Shown here: piece by piece, positions 30,014 through 40,889 of the stretch
Position numbering within the stretch: position 1 is the stretch's first letter
How the letters are laid out: the number at the start of each line of letters is the position of its first letter
NCBI GenBank assembly: GCA_020161265.1
Contig: JAIUOC010000003.1
Location: 299,024 to 363,023, forward strand
From: Chloroflexota bacterium
GTDB lineage: Bacteria > Chloroflexota > Chloroflexia > Chloroflexales > Herpetosiphonaceae
Direction: 5' to 3'
Length of the DNA: 64,000 nt
Program-made: the position numbers and the translations under genes
The notes under the pieces: model-generated
Database searches by the model: none
Seen by the model: the letters and a program-made list of their open reading frames with translations, nothing else
Told to the model about the DNA's origin: nothing

Positions 30014-32785
30014 ATGCACGACTGGAAGGATGGGTGTATGCAGAAAAAACCACGGCAGGAGGCTAACGCTCGGGCCAAGCAGGCCTATACTTTGGTCAAT
30101 GATCTGCGGGAGCAACTGGGGTTTACTTGGAATGATATTTCTCAGGCAACGACATATGCACAATCATCAATTAGTAATTGGCGAGGGCGAGGGATTGGTA
30201 CAACTCAAATCACGCTGGTTGGCGATCTGATTAGGTTGTTTGCCAAGGGCAACCGTGGGCTACAATGTACTGCCGATGATGCCGCGCGGCTCGTAAGTTT
30301 AACCTACCCTGAGCACGTTGTGGCGGAGCACTATCAATATCTGCTGGGGCTCTTCAGCCATACTGAACTTGCGCTCGCACTCCATCTTCATGCGCCATTT
30401 GTGGCCTATACCCTTGAGCAAGCAGGCATGCTTTGCTTAAATGTACGGCCTGAAATCCATTTACATCTAGGGCGGCTGCAAGCACCACGCGAGCTTCAAT
30501 TAATTGGGCGTGAGCGGTTGCTGAAACACTGGCGTGCCCGTTTGCTTAAGCCCGATCTTCGCTTGCTGACGATTGGAGGGCCAGGTGGGATTGGCAAAAC
30601 CCAATTTGCCCTGCATCTTGCCGATAAACTTCAACAACAATTTACTAGCGTTCAAAGTATCGATCTTAGCAATATTACGCAGGCCGAGGATGTAGTTGGG
30701 GTGCTCGTTCGCCAGATTTTGCCCCCCGATCAACCACAAACTGCTGGTACTCCAACTGAACTTGGTCAATTGATCGACTATGTGCGCCAACGGCAGATGT
30801 TGCTTGTGTTAGACAATCTTGAGCAGCTTTTGCGACCAGGTGAGGGGCTTGAACAGATTCAGCGCTTGCTGCATGAATTGCTCAAGGCTACCGATTGGCT
30901 CAAACTGATTGTCACCAGCCGTCAAACCCTGAATCTTCCATTTTGGGAGCATATCTGTGAACTACCTCCGCTTGCAGTATCAGCATCTGAGCCTGAAAAT
31001 TCTGGCATCAGCCCAGCAGTTCAACTGTTTATCAAGCGTGCGCAAACATGGGATGCTACCTTTACCCCTACGCTTGAACAGCTGCAGGAGATTAGCGCAA
31101 TTTGCACACGGCTTGATGGGATTCCTTTGGCGATTGAACTTGCAGCAGCCCGTTTACGCCAAATTGGAGCCTTGACTCCTTGGCTTACCCAGCTTAATCT
31201 CTTGGGCTTTGCCTCGTTTGATCAAGCTGGTGGCTCACTTGATCGGCATCAGACATTGCGGGCTACGATTGAATGGAGTTATTGTCTTTTAAGGGCTGAC
31301 GAGCAACGAATTTTTCAGCAACTTGCTATTTTTGCCGATGGATGGAGTCTTGATGCAGCCCAAGCGATTTGTTTTCCGACCCTCGACCAAGCCTATGGCT
31401 TAAGTATGCTTGGGCGCTTGGTTGATACATCGCTGATTCAAGTGATGCCAAAAGCGACGAGCCATCAACGCTATACCATGTACAATGTCATTCGTGAATT
31501 TGCCCTCGAATATTTTGCCAATGATCAAACTGCAGTTGAGATTGCCCAACGCCATGCTCACTACTATAGCCAACTCGCCATCAATTTGACCACCAAAATT
31601 AAAAGTTCTGACCGTTCCAATGCGTTGGCAGAACTTGAATCGTTGCATGCGAATATTGCGATAGCTCTCGAATGGTTGATTGAACATCAATTGCTTGAGG
31701 CTGCCACCCTTGCCGATAGCTTGACATATTTTTGGGGAGTGCGGGGATATGCCCGTGATGGCTTGCGCATCCTATTGCGTTTCGAGCCAACAGCGCTACC
31801 GCAAGCACTTCGTCCGCAGTTTCACTATAATCTTGGCTGGCTTTACGATAGCTTGCGCGATTATGATGCTGCATCGAAACACTATCAGATTTGTGCCAGT
31901 TATTGGAAACACCAGCCTTCATCGCTGGATTGGGCGAGGGTGCTTTATGCCCAAGGGCGGGTTGCTCGTTCGCAAAACCATTTTACCGAGGCTGAGCGTT
32001 TGTTAACCGAAAGTTTGGTGGCACTTGCTGATCAGCCTGAACCATGGCTTCAGACGGCAATATTAAGTGTGCTTGGTTGGGTCCAAACCCAGATGAATAC
32101 ATTTGAAATAGCCGAGTCCACCCTGCAGGAGAGTCGGAGGCTGAGCCGCTCCGTTGGTGATCCAGATCTCGAAGCGATCACTTTGCTGAATATGGGTAGT
32201 TTGTGTGCTCGAATGGCAGAGTATGCCTCGGCTCAGGCCTACCTTATTCAGGCAAAAGCGATCTTTGAACAACTTGGCAACCTTGGGCAATTGGCGGTTT
32301 GTCTTAATAATTTGGTAGCAGCCAGTAGTGATGACCATAACTATAGCCAGGCAATCGATTATCTTGCCGAATTGCTGCCGCTGCTCAAGACCCTTGATGA
32401 TCACGAGGGAATCATCTATTGGTATCTAAACCGCGGCGAGCTGGCACTTAAACAAGACCAATTCGCCCAAGCTCGGGCTGATTATGTGAGTGCGTTGCGC
32501 CAAGCCGAGCGAGCTAATTTTGGGTGGCCGTATGGGGCATCAATAACGGCCTTAGCCAATATCCAAGCTAAAATTGGTCATTTTACAGCTGCTGCCCAAT
32601 TGATTGGTGCTGCTGATCAAGCCTACGAGGTATGTGGTGCTGATGCTGCACTCTTTGATCCATGGCGCTCGCAAACGCTTGGCTTAATTCAACAACAGCT
32701 CAATCCTGAGCAGGAGCTACACCTGCATAAACAAGGTAAACGGATGCCGATTGGGCGGATTATCCAACTGAGTGTTAGCGAGTAA
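30014..32785 (+). CDS. STAND-class NTPase regulator: N-terminal HTH, central NB-ARC/AAA P-loop, C-terminal TPR repeats (AfsR/MalT-like)
   Basis: Walker A 'GGPGGIGKTQFAL', hhhhD 'LLVLDNLEQ', and a C-terminal TPR-like helical repeat region. The start may be at M9 (30038). Confidence 0.7.
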   Translation: MHDWKDGCMQKKPRQEANARAKQAYTLVNDLREQLGFTWNDISQATTYAQSSISNWRGRGIGTTQITLVGDLIRLFAKGNRGLQCTADDAARLVSLTYPEHVVAEHYQYLLGLFSHTELALALHLHAPFVAYTLEQAGMLCLNVRPEIHLHLGRLQAPRELQLIGRERLLKHWRARLLKPDLRLLTIGGPGGIGKTQFALHLADKLQQQFTSVQSIDLSNITQAEDVVGVLVRQILPPDQPQTAGTPTELGQLIDYVRQRQMLLVLDNLEQLLRPGEGLEQIQRLLHELLKATDWLKLIVTSRQTLNLPFWEHICELPPLAVSASEPENSGISPAVQLFIKRAQTWDATFTPTLEQLQEISAICTRLDGIPLAIELAAARLRQIGALTPWLTQLNLLGFASFDQAGGSLDRHQTLRATIEWSYCLLRADEQRIFQQLAIFADGWSLDAAQAICFPTLDQAYGLSMLGRLVDTSLIQVMPKATSHQRYTMYNVIREFALEYFANDQTAVEIAQRHAHYYSQLAINLTTKIKSSDRSNALAELESLHANIAIALEWLIEHQLLEAATLADSLTYFWGVRGYARDGLRILLRFEPTALPQALRPQFHYNLGWLYDSLRDYDAASKHYQICASYWKHQPSSLDWARVLYAQGRVARSQNHFTEAERLLTESLVALADQPEPWLQTAILSVLGWVQTQMNTFEIAESTLQESRRLSRSVGDPDLEAITLLNMGSLCARMAEYASAQAYLIQAKAIFEQLGNLGQLAVCLNNLVAASSDDHNYSQAIDYLAELLPLLKTLDDHEGIIYWYLNRGELALKQDQFAQARADYVSALRQAERANFGWPYGASITALANIQAKIGHFTAAAQLIGAADQAYEVCGADAALFDPWRSQTLGLIQQQLNPEQELHLHKQGKRMPIGRIIQLSVSE

Positions 32786-32819
32786 GCGGGGCTATTAACC
32801 ACAATAGCCCCGCCAATCG

Positions 32820-35800
32820 TTATCGATTAATCAGCGGCAGATAGATCGGCTGGCTTTGGTTGATCATAAGATTATCGAGCAGCCAGCCACGATCTGATCC
32901 GTCGCGGTCAACGGTCATGCGCAACCGTAAACGAATGGTTTGATTCTGAAATGAACGTAGGGAGATTCTGACTGGTTTCCAATGAGGAGTTGACCATTCA
33001 TCGCTGCTTGGGGTTGCTGGGCGTAGGCCATGTGCGCCGCCGCCAGTGAAATCGGCGATGATCTGCCAGGTTAGGCCATTATCGGTTGAAACTTCCACAC
33101 TCCCATGATCATCGCCTGCTGCGGTTCGGGCAAACACGTAATCGTGCTCGAAGGAAAGCACTGGATGCTGACAATTAGCTAGGTTAATTGGCTCGTGGAA
33201 GGTTAGGGTACTTGTCAGATATTGATTTGGTGCGACGGCTTGGGCATAGGCATGGCCCGGGCTATCATCAAGGGCAACCTCGCCACTCGCTAAGCGCGAT
33301 GTAGCCCAAGTTCCTTGAATTTGCCATTTGCCCAATTGGCTATTAAATGTTTCAGCAAAACATGCAGGTGTTGGTGGGTAAAGGGCGAGTGCTGGTGCTG
33401 GTACGCTTGACCCATCACCATTGGTTAAGCTCGTTCGGTAATAACCTGGGGCAAGTGCAGCGGTTAGGGTTATGCTGCCACTGCTGGAGTTATGCAATGT
33501 AACGCTTAAACTGATCGTGCTGGTTAGCGTTTGCAAGTGAAGTGTTGCTGGTGCCAGTAAGTTGTTGCCGCTTACCAGCAATGTGTTGGTAAGCCCACTG
33601 GTGATCATGGTTGGTGTTAAACTTTGAACGCTTGGCTGCGAATGCCCACCTATTAATGTATAGATGCCTGGCTTTGGCGCATGAGCCGCGGCAACATTAT
33701 AGGTTGTGTTCAAAACGGTCGATAAACGCTCCCAATAGGTTCCATTCCAAAAGCCAATCGCTAAATCTGGCTCTTCAACATTGGCTGTAATCAGATCATA
33801 ACCAAGATATTGAAAACTAACTGAGCCTGAAATTGGTTGGGTTTGTTGGGCGGTAACGAGTTGATAGCCTTGCCCCACGTTTACCACCCCTGCTGGTAAA
33901 GCCGGAAGTTCGGCCATCTCTTGAATCGCATAAAATTGGCCAACTTCAAAGGTCGCTTTGGTATAGAAGGTCATCTGTCCATCGGGAGATAGTAACGGTG
34001 CACCACCCAACCGATAGTAACCGCCACCACCGCGATAGTAACCGCCACCACCGCGATAGTAACCGCCACCACCGCGATAGTAGCCTGGGTTTCCGCCAAT
34101 TGAGTAGGCGATAAGTGTTTCGCGGCGTGGGTTTGTCTCACTTGCTGGCTCTTCAACCCATACTTGAATATGGCCACTCATCGAGGGATATTGGCTTACC
34201 AAGCTTCCACGGTAGCCATCGCCAAAATGCTCAAGCAGTACTGGTGAACCAGCCGATCCATCATCAGGAAAGAGCCGTGCTTGTAAACTTAAGCCTGGTT
34301 GAATTCCAGTTACCTGAAGTTTGAGGGTTGTGCTGGTAACTGGCGAGAGCGTTACGAGTGGTTTCCAAGCAGCATCATGCTTAAGCGTAATATATTGATC
34401 ATCGATGCTCAACACTTCACAACCAAAGTGTTGTGTGCCACGATCAAAAAGACAAAACCGATCGCCCGGCTGTGCCCCTCGGCCTAAGATGCGGTTTTGA
34501 TTGTTGACAGTACTGCCCAGAGGCATAATCGTATCGTCAGTTAGAGCTGGGGTCTGCTGGTTTGTAATCAAGAATCCGCGAGCTTTGGCTGAACTGGTTG
34601 TATTACCAGCATATTCTAAGTATAAGGTAGGATCAACCAAAGGAGTGGTAGGAGTCAAGGGGTCAACGATTTGCACATTCGTGAAGACGAAAGGCATTTG
34701 TTGTGGCCCAGCCAGCGGCATAGTCGGAGTTATCAGTGCCGGATACCAAAGCCGAAGTGTTTCCCATTCAGTTCGTTTTAACTCCTGCGCTGCGAGGGTT
34801 TCCTGACAGTGTGCTTGCCACACCTCAGGATCAAAGACAAATTCGGTATTTGTTGGAAGATACACATCACCCATCGCGCTTCCCGCGCATGTATCCACCG
34901 GAACCAAGAGCTGATCTGCTTGGATTCCAAGGTAAGTGTCTTCCATGAAAAATAAATAATGGCTTAATTCATGGGCAAGAATAACCGACCAATCAGTGCT
35001 AATATCTTCGCCAGGAATTCCATTGCGATTCCAGTGGGAACCAATATGCACTTGTCCTATATCGTAGATCACCTCAGGATGTTCAAGATCAAGGGTTTTG
35101 GTTAAGACGATTCCGCCCTCGCTGGCGAAAGGTCGGAGCCGATTTGTTGCATGGATCACAACATCGGCATAATTGAGTTGCTCTCCATTCTGGTAGACGC
35201 TTATTTTTCCTAAGGCTACCTGGCCATTAGTAAAGTCATAGAGATAGCGTGAAGCGCGATGGAGATCTGACTCAAGTTTTTGCAGGTAGGTGGGGGAGTG
35301 TGATGCATCCCATTCGAGCGCAATTTTCAAGTTAAAGAGCAATAATGGATGTTCTGGTCGCGCAATCAACTCTTGCGTGCCGGGCGTGGTGATCGTCCAA
35401 CCATCCAAGCCCATCTCAGTAGGAACCCCATTTGTATGATAAAGGCTGTAGGCATAGGTTGTTGTAATTGGCACAAGGGCGATTAAGCGATCATCTGGCC
35501 GTAATTCGCTTTGGCCTTGCAAGTAGCCTTGACCATCGGTAATAAATGGCGCACTGCCCTGACTTGCTGCCATAGGCCGCCCACCGCCGCTTTGACCTGC
35601 GCCTAGTCGGTAGACGATTGCTCCTGCCGCAGCGATTGGTGGTTGCTCGGCGGTGGCATGCAGCACCCGCACGCCTGTGCCACGCACTCGGAATGGAAAT
35701 GAGTTCGTTGTATAGGCTCCATAACGATAGCTACCAGCAGTACTATGCGCCTGAGGCAGTACACTAGGATACATTCGAAGCTGAACCGCCATTGTATCGT

Positions 35801-38393
35801 TGCTGCCACGAACTCCACTCCTGAAAAGATCCCAAGTATAGCTATTTGGCCCAAGATTTGGTTCACCAAGCGTTCCGCTTAATGGAATTGCAGCAGTCCA
35901 GTGACCACCACCCATGCGTGAGAAGGCTAGATCAACCTGACGAGCTGGGGCATACCGCAGGCTATAGCTAATTGGTAGTTGGGGATCACTCAAAATCGTC
36001 GGGTTGGCGATCCCATCTGCGGCTAACCCACCAGGATGTTCAAGCAAGGGTTGTGGAATAACGCCTTGATGCAGGAGGTTGAAGCGTTGGTTTTGATAGA
36101 TCGCTGTGGTAATTGTATCAGCGGGATTTGTACCTTGGTTTTCGCCGCTTGCACTGAGATAAGCGATCGCTAGATCGTGATCACCATCAGCATCGGCATC
36201 GCCGCAAGCCCCGGCAAAAGCTCGCCCAGCGGTTGGGGTTGACCATAAAGCTGAGCGACTCAGGCTGCCAGCTTCGTTAAGGTACAGCCGACTGGGAGTA
36301 CCTTCGTTAAAGGCCAACAGATCAAGATCGCCGTCACCTTCGATATCACATGCTTCAAGTCCATTCGATGGGTCGTTTTCGCGTGATGACCAGATCGGTC
36401 GTACATCCAATGTTTCGCCTTGGTTGAGAAACACGCGATTTGGTTGATTATAGTTAGCAACCAAGAGATCTTGTAGACCATCGCTATTAATATCGGCCCA
36501 AGCAATATCCCGAGTCCGATCACGGTAGGTTATATTGTTCCAAAGCAGATTAAATTGATAGTGTGGGGTTAGTGCTAAGGGGTCACGTAATCCATCGTTA
36601 CGATAAACTTGGGTTGGCTGACCATCATTTGCAACCGCCAGATCGATATCGCCATCACCATCAACATCGCCCCAAGCTAGATTGCGAGTTGCCTGTACAA
36701 CTGGAGCGACCCATGCATCATACATTGTTACACTAAAGGGTTGCGTTTGACCAATTGGTGGTGGTTCAGTCGCCCGATTGCCAAGAATATAAATTGGGGC
36801 TTGATTTCGCCCGACAGCCATGTCAAGATCGCCATCATTATCAACGTCGCCAATCGCTAGCGAGGCATAGTCGGTGCCAAGCCGGACATCTTGCCAACCT
36901 GGCCGTCCATTAGGGCCAAAATTTCCATCGCCATGATTAAGAAACATGGCTAAACCTGTGCGACTTGCAGTCACCAGATCAAGCTTTCCATCCATATTCA
37001 TGTCGGCCCAAGCAATATCAAAGAGATTGTCTTGGCCAGACGATTGCCAGATGGGCGTAGTTGAGAGAGAGCCGCCGATATTCTGATAAACTTGTACTCC
37101 TTGATAACTTGCAATAGCAAGATCGAGCAAGTTATCAGCATCGAAATCGCCCCACGCCATTCCACGCACCGATATACCTACTGGAAGCGCCCATTGCGGC
37201 GCTGCAAATGGCGCTTGTCCATTGAGATACAGTCGGTTTGGATCTTCGTTATTTGAACGGATGATATCCAGATCACCATCATTATCAATATCGCCAGCCG
37301 CTAAACCATAGGATATATCCCGCTCGTTTGAAGTCCAGTCGGGAGTTTCTGGGTAAGTTCCAGCTTGTGCAAGATAGATCTGCATCGGGCCATGCGGTTG
37401 TTGTGGCGTATTACCACTCACGCTAATAACATCTAAATCATAGTCACCATCAATATCTTCTACGATTAAGTCTTGAGTTTTATCAGGGTTCGTTGACGAC
37501 CAAGTTGGGGTTAGGGCCAACGTTCCACTGATATTGTCAAAAAAGCGATTACCATGGCTTTCGCTGGCAATAAACAGCTCGGGATAGGTATCGTGATCAA
37601 TATTCCGCCATACGACACTGGTAGAGGCTTCAATTTGGGGTGCTTGCCAGACTGGATTCGCCGTAAGCAGGCCATTTAGGTTGTGATAGACTTGAGTTTT
37701 AGCGTTGCCACTATAGTTGGCAAAAGCTGCATCGAGATCATGATCGCCATCAACATCATCAAGTGCCACATAGACTGCTGGCAAGGCTATGTCCGAATTC
37801 CAGACAGGACTTGCACCCAAGGTTCCATCGCCTTGGTTGTAATACATGACTGCTTTGTTTTTATAGCAGGCAACCACAACATCTAAGTTGCCGTCGCCAT
37901 TCATATCGCCAAGTGCTAAGCTCCAACCGTGGTGAAGTAGTGGGGAGCGCCAACTTGGATGGTTTGGAAAGTGGCCCTGTTGATTGAGGTAGATTAGAAT
38001 CGGCCCATCGAAGGTGACTACAACGAGATCAAGCCAATTGTCACGATTCATATCGCCAAGGGCAATATCGCGCACCCGGTCGTTATCATCGACATCAACG
38101 TACCAACTTGGCAGTGGTTCTAGGCTCCCTCGTTGATTGCGATACATTCGAATACCGCCAGCATCGTCGCCGAAGAAAACATCGAGCCATCCATCATTAT
38201 CGCTATCACCCCAGGCGGTTGAGGTTGTTTCATAACGATCATTTGCTAGCCAAATTGGCTCAAGCGTTACTGTTTGGGGGGATGCTGGCGCAGCCAAGAG
38301 TTGCTGATTGGTGTGGGTATGTGGCAGGAAACTAAGGGTTAGCAGCAATAATGCGATGATTCGAAATCGGTGTAACGTACTCAAAAGAAACAT
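32820..38393 (-). CDS. Giant (1857 aa) secreted FG-GAP/VCBS beta-propeller repeat protein with an HExxH metallopeptidase-like motif
   Basis: Signal peptide. More than 15 'GD.D.DG..D' FG-GAP Ca-binding repeats. 'ILAHELSHYLFFMED'. The GGGYYRG x4 tandem repeat. Confidence 0.8.
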   Translation of the reverse strand: MFLLSTLHRFRIIALLLLTLSFLPHTHTNQQLLAAPASPQTVTLEPIWLANDRYETTSTAWGDSDNDGWLDVFFGDDAGGIRMYRNQRGSLEPLPSWYVDVDDNDRVRDIALGDMNRDNWLDLVVVTFDGPILIYLNQQGHFPNHPSWRSPLLHHGWSLALGDMNGDGNLDVVVACYKNKAVMYYNQGDGTLGASPVWNSDIALPAVYVALDDVDGDHDLDAAFANYSGNAKTQVYHNLNGLLTANPVWQAPQIEASTSVVWRNIDHDTYPELFIASESHGNRFFDNISGTLALTPTWSSTNPDKTQDLIVEDIDGDYDLDVISVSGNTPQQPHGPMQIYLAQAGTYPETPDWTSNERDISYGLAAGDIDNDGDLDIIRSNNEDPNRLYLNGQAPFAAPQWALPVGISVRGMAWGDFDADNLLDLAIASYQGVQVYQNIGGSLSTTPIWQSSGQDNLFDIAWADMNMDGKLDLVTASRTGLAMFLNHGDGNFGPNGRPGWQDVRLGTDYASLAIGDVDNDGDLDMAVGRNQAPIYILGNRATEPPPIGQTQPFSVTMYDAWVAPVVQATRNLAWGDVDGDGDIDLAVANDGQPTQVYRNDGLRDPLALTPHYQFNLLWNNITYRDRTRDIAWADINSDGLQDLLVANYNQPNRVFLNQGETLDVRPIWSSRENDPSNGLEACDIEGDGDLDLLAFNEGTPSRLYLNEAGSLSRSALWSTPTAGRAFAGACGDADADGDHDLAIAYLSASGENQGTNPADTITTAIYQNQRFNLLHQGVIPQPLLEHPGGLAADGIANPTILSDPQLPISYSLRYAPARQVDLAFSRMGGGHWTAAIPLSGTLGEPNLGPNSYTWDLFRSGVRGSNDTMAVQLRMYPSVLPQAHSTAGSYRYGAYTTNSFPFRVRGTGVRVLHATAEQPPIAAAGAIVYRLGAGQSGGGRPMAASQGSAPFITDGQGYLQGQSELRPDDRLIALVPITTTYAYSLYHTNGVPTEMGLDGWTITTPGTQELIARPEHPLLLFNLKIALEWDASHSPTYLQKLESDLHRASRYLYDFTNGQVALGKISVYQNGEQLNYADVVIHATNRLRPFASEGGIVLTKTLDLEHPEVIYDIGQVHIGSHWNRNGIPGEDISTDWSVILAHELSHYLFFMEDTYLGIQADQLLVPVDTCAGSAMGDVYLPTNTEFVFDPEVWQAHCQETLAAQELKRTEWETLRLWYPALITPTMPLAGPQQMPFVFTNVQIVDPLTPTTPLVDPTLYLEYAGNTTSSAKARGFLITNQQTPALTDDTIMPLGSTVNNQNRILGRGAQPGDRFCLFDRGTQHFGCEVLSIDDQYITLKHDAAWKPLVTLSPVTSTTLKLQVTGIQPGLSLQARLFPDDGSAGSPVLLEHFGDGYRGSLVSQYPSMSGHIQVWVEEPASETNPRRETLIAYSIGGNPGYYRGGGGYYRGGGGYYRGGGGYYRLGGAPLLSPDGQMTFYTKATFEVGQFYAIQEMAELPALPAGVVNVGQGYQLVTAQQTQPISGSVSFQYLGYDLITANVEEPDLAIGFWNGTYWERLSTVLNTTYNVAAAHAPKPGIYTLIGGHSQPSVQSLTPTMITSGLTNTLLVSGNNLLAPATLHLQTLTSTISLSVTLHNSSSGSITLTAALAPGYYRTSLTNGDGSSVPAPALALYPPTPACFAETFNSQLGKWQIQGTWATSRLASGEVALDDSPGHAYAQAVAPNQYLTSTLTFHEPINLANCQHPVLSFEHDYVFARTAAGDDHGSVEVSTDNGLTWQIIADFTGGGAHGLRPATPSSDEWSTPHWKPVRISLRSFQNQTIRLRLRMTVDRDGSDRGWLLDNLMINQSQPIYLPLINR
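34000..34082. repeat. Perfect 21-bp tandem repeat (3 exact copies plus 1 degenerate) inside the FG-GAP gene, encoding (GGGYYRG)n
   Basis: accgccaccaccgcgatagta at 34020-34040, 34041-34061 and 34062-34082. Confidence 0.7.
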
Positions 38394-38909
38394 GGCTGTC
38401 CTCCTGATGGGGATCTATCAATAGACCTACAGGAATGGACACTACGCACACTATTACAACATCAATAAGCAAAATAATACTCTGATGGTTCTTTCTAGAC
38501 TGGACGAACAGATTATACACCAATATATTTTCTTGCGGAACAGGAATATCGCTGCCATGCGGTGCGTGGGATGGTTGCGATGTCGCGCCCATTTGACTAG
38601 AGACTATCGCATAAATGGTAGGATTCCTCTATTGTTGTCGATGGAGAAATCGCATGGAATTGACGAATTGCGCAATGGCAGGTTGTCGCACCCCTCATCC
38701 CTGAACCACCCCGCCGTCCTGATGGGTGTGGGCGGCCTTGGCGGCCAGTTCACTTTTGGACGGAATTCTCTGGATCTTTTGGGTTAGTGCTCCTTTTTTA
38801 GCCGAAAAATTCAATCCGTCTTTTGCATATTTTCTCAATAGTGGATACGATCATCCAAATCCTTTATCCCCAATTCTAAAGTTCTTGGATTATCCCAAGA
38901 AAGGATGTT

Positions 38910-39827
38910 ATGAAGCAGGCCGTTGGTGATTCATCAATTTCTTTGCCACCCAATCACGCCGACCCATCCGTTCGCCGCCAGCGCTGGCTTGGGATTGCGG
39001 CCATGTTGCTTTCGGCGATCGCTTTTGGCTGGCTGGGTGTGTTTGCACGACTGGCCTACGCCGATGGTGCTGAGCCGATCACGGTTTTATGTTTACGATT
39101 CAGTATTGCCGCTGTGGTCATGTTTGGTATTCTGCGGGTTCGTGGTGAACGGCTGCCACGTGGAAAGCTGCTCGTCGGTCTCTTGCTACTGGGTGGAATT
39201 GGCTATGTGGCTCAATCGTTGGCCTATTTTGTTGCGCTTACCATGGCCTCGGCGGGCTTAGTTGCGGTGTTGCTCTATCTCTATCCTGGCTTGGTTACCA
39301 TAATCTCGGTTGTGGTTTTTAAGGAACGGCTGACCTCTCGGATGGTGCTGGCGCTAGTGTTGGCATTGGCAGGCTCGGCGTTGGCAATCGGGCCGATTGG
39401 TGGTGGCAAGCCGCTCGGTATCATTTTCGCAATCAGCGGGGCGGTGATCTACGCTATTTATATTACGGCGGGGAGCCGAATTACTGCCCAAGCTGGAGCC
39501 ATCCCTTCATCAACCGTGATTATGAGTGCAGCAGCAGTGGTATATATTGGAATAATGCTTGCCCGAGGTCCGGTCTGGCCAGTAAGCATGGACGGTTGGC
39601 TGGCGATTATTGGGATTGCCCTGATTTCCACCGTGTTGGCGATTGTTATGTTTTTTGTTGGACTCGAACGGATTGGCCCAACGGCGGGATCGACGATCTC
39701 AGCATTGGAACCCTTGGTATCAGTGGGTGCAGCGGTTGTCGTTCTGCATGAACCAATTAGCCTCTGGCAACTTGGTGGTGGCTTGCTCATTCTGATAGCT
39801 GTGGTCTTGCTAGCACGCCATTCGTGA
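38910..39827 (+). CDS. EamA/DMT-superfamily transporter
   Basis: Ten-TM protein with duplicated EamA-like halves. Confidence 0.75.
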   Translation: MKQAVGDSSISLPPNHADPSVRRQRWLGIAAMLLSAIAFGWLGVFARLAYADGAEPITVLCLRFSIAAVVMFGILRVRGERLPRGKLLVGLLLLGGIGYVAQSLAYFVALTMASAGLVAVLLYLYPGLVTIISVVVFKERLTSRMVLALVLALAGSALAIGPIGGGKPLGIIFAISGAVIYAIYITAGSRITAQAGAIPSSTVIMSAAAVVYIGIMLARGPVWPVSMDGWLAIIGIALISTVLAIVMFFVGLERIGPTAGSTISALEPLVSVGAAVVVLHEPISLWQLGGGLLILIAVVLLARHS

Positions 39828-39948
39828 GCAGCCTGAAGCCGATAGTCATTCGTGCTCGGCAAGGTTGCCATCCTATGCATCCTGCGTATAATGCAAACGC
39901 TGATCATCGGCTCGGTGATCATTAATTTGAACATTTCAAGGATGAGGT

Positions 39949-40857
39949 ATGGCTCAGACATCACTCGAACAAACTGACTTGTCGCCACGTCGCGAGGCCT
40001 TACAACTCTGGATTCCCTTGGGGATTGTGCTGCTTTTGACGATTGTGACGACCTTCTTTTTAACTGGTCAGTATCAAATTGCCGCTGGCAAGGGGATTGT
40101 GCAAGGCTTGGGCGAGCCGTTACCAATTTCGTCATCGGCACATTTAATTGTTGTGCCATGGTTTTTCAATTGGCAAGATCCCTTTTTTCAAACCCAAACC
40201 TTTGATGTTGCCCTGCATATGGGCACATTAATTGCTTTGCTGTTGTTTTTTTGGCGCGATTGGTTGAATTTGATTATGCATATGCATCAACCACGCAGCC
40301 AACAAGGCCGCATGTTTTGGTTTATCGTGTTGGCATCAATTCCAGCTGGGATTGTCGGTTTGCTCTTAGATAGTTTGGCGGAAGAGTATTTTCTTGATAA
40401 ATATTTGGTGATTGCCGCCACAATGAGCATTATGGGAGTTGTGCTCTACATTGCTGATCGCTTTGCCCCGCGCCGTTATGAGTTGAGCGACTTGACTTGG
40501 AAACATGCCTTGTTGGTTGGCTGCGCTCAAGCATTGGCATTAATTCCTGGGGTTTCACGCTCTGGCAGTACCATGACGATGGGTCGTGCCTTGGGTTTTA
40601 CCCGCGAAACTGCCGCGCGTTTCTCGTTTTTAATGGCGATTCCCATTACCTTTGGGGCTGGTGTGCTTAAATTGCGCGATATTGATAGCTCGCAATTGAC
40701 TGCACCCTTTTGGCTGGGAATTAGCGTCTCATTTGTGGTGGGAGCATTGGCGGTTGGCTTTTTGCTGCGCTATGTTCGTACTAACTCATTTTTGCCGTTT
40801 ATTATTTACCGCCTTGTAATTGCAGCGGTGATTGTGGCCGTCTATCTCGCCCGCTAA
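39949..40857 (+). CDS. uppP: Undecaprenyl-diphosphatase (BacA/UppP)
   Basis: 'GLGEPLPISSSAHL' and 'GVSRSGSTM' signature motifs. Confidence 0.85.
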   Translation: MAQTSLEQTDLSPRREALQLWIPLGIVLLLTIVTTFFLTGQYQIAAGKGIVQGLGEPLPISSSAHLIVVPWFFNWQDPFFQTQTFDVALHMGTLIALLLFFWRDWLNLIMHMHQPRSQQGRMFWFIVLASIPAGIVGLLLDSLAEEYFLDKYLVIAATMSIMGVVLYIADRFAPRRYELSDLTWKHALLVGCAQALALIPGVSRSGSTMTMGRALGFTRETAARFSFLMAIPITFGAGVLKLRDIDSSQLTAPFWLGISVSFVVGALAVGFLLRYVRTNSFLPFIIYRLVIAAVIVAVYLAR

Positions 40858-40889
40858 CTGTTCTGGCGCAATCCGTGCAGGAGGAAGCA

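Noticed and set aside
30014-32785. STAND NTPase as an Avs-type antiviral defence protein
   Set aside because: The N-terminal domain looks like an HTH DNA-binding domain rather than a nuclease or other effector. The architecture fits AfsR/MalT-like transcriptional regulators better.
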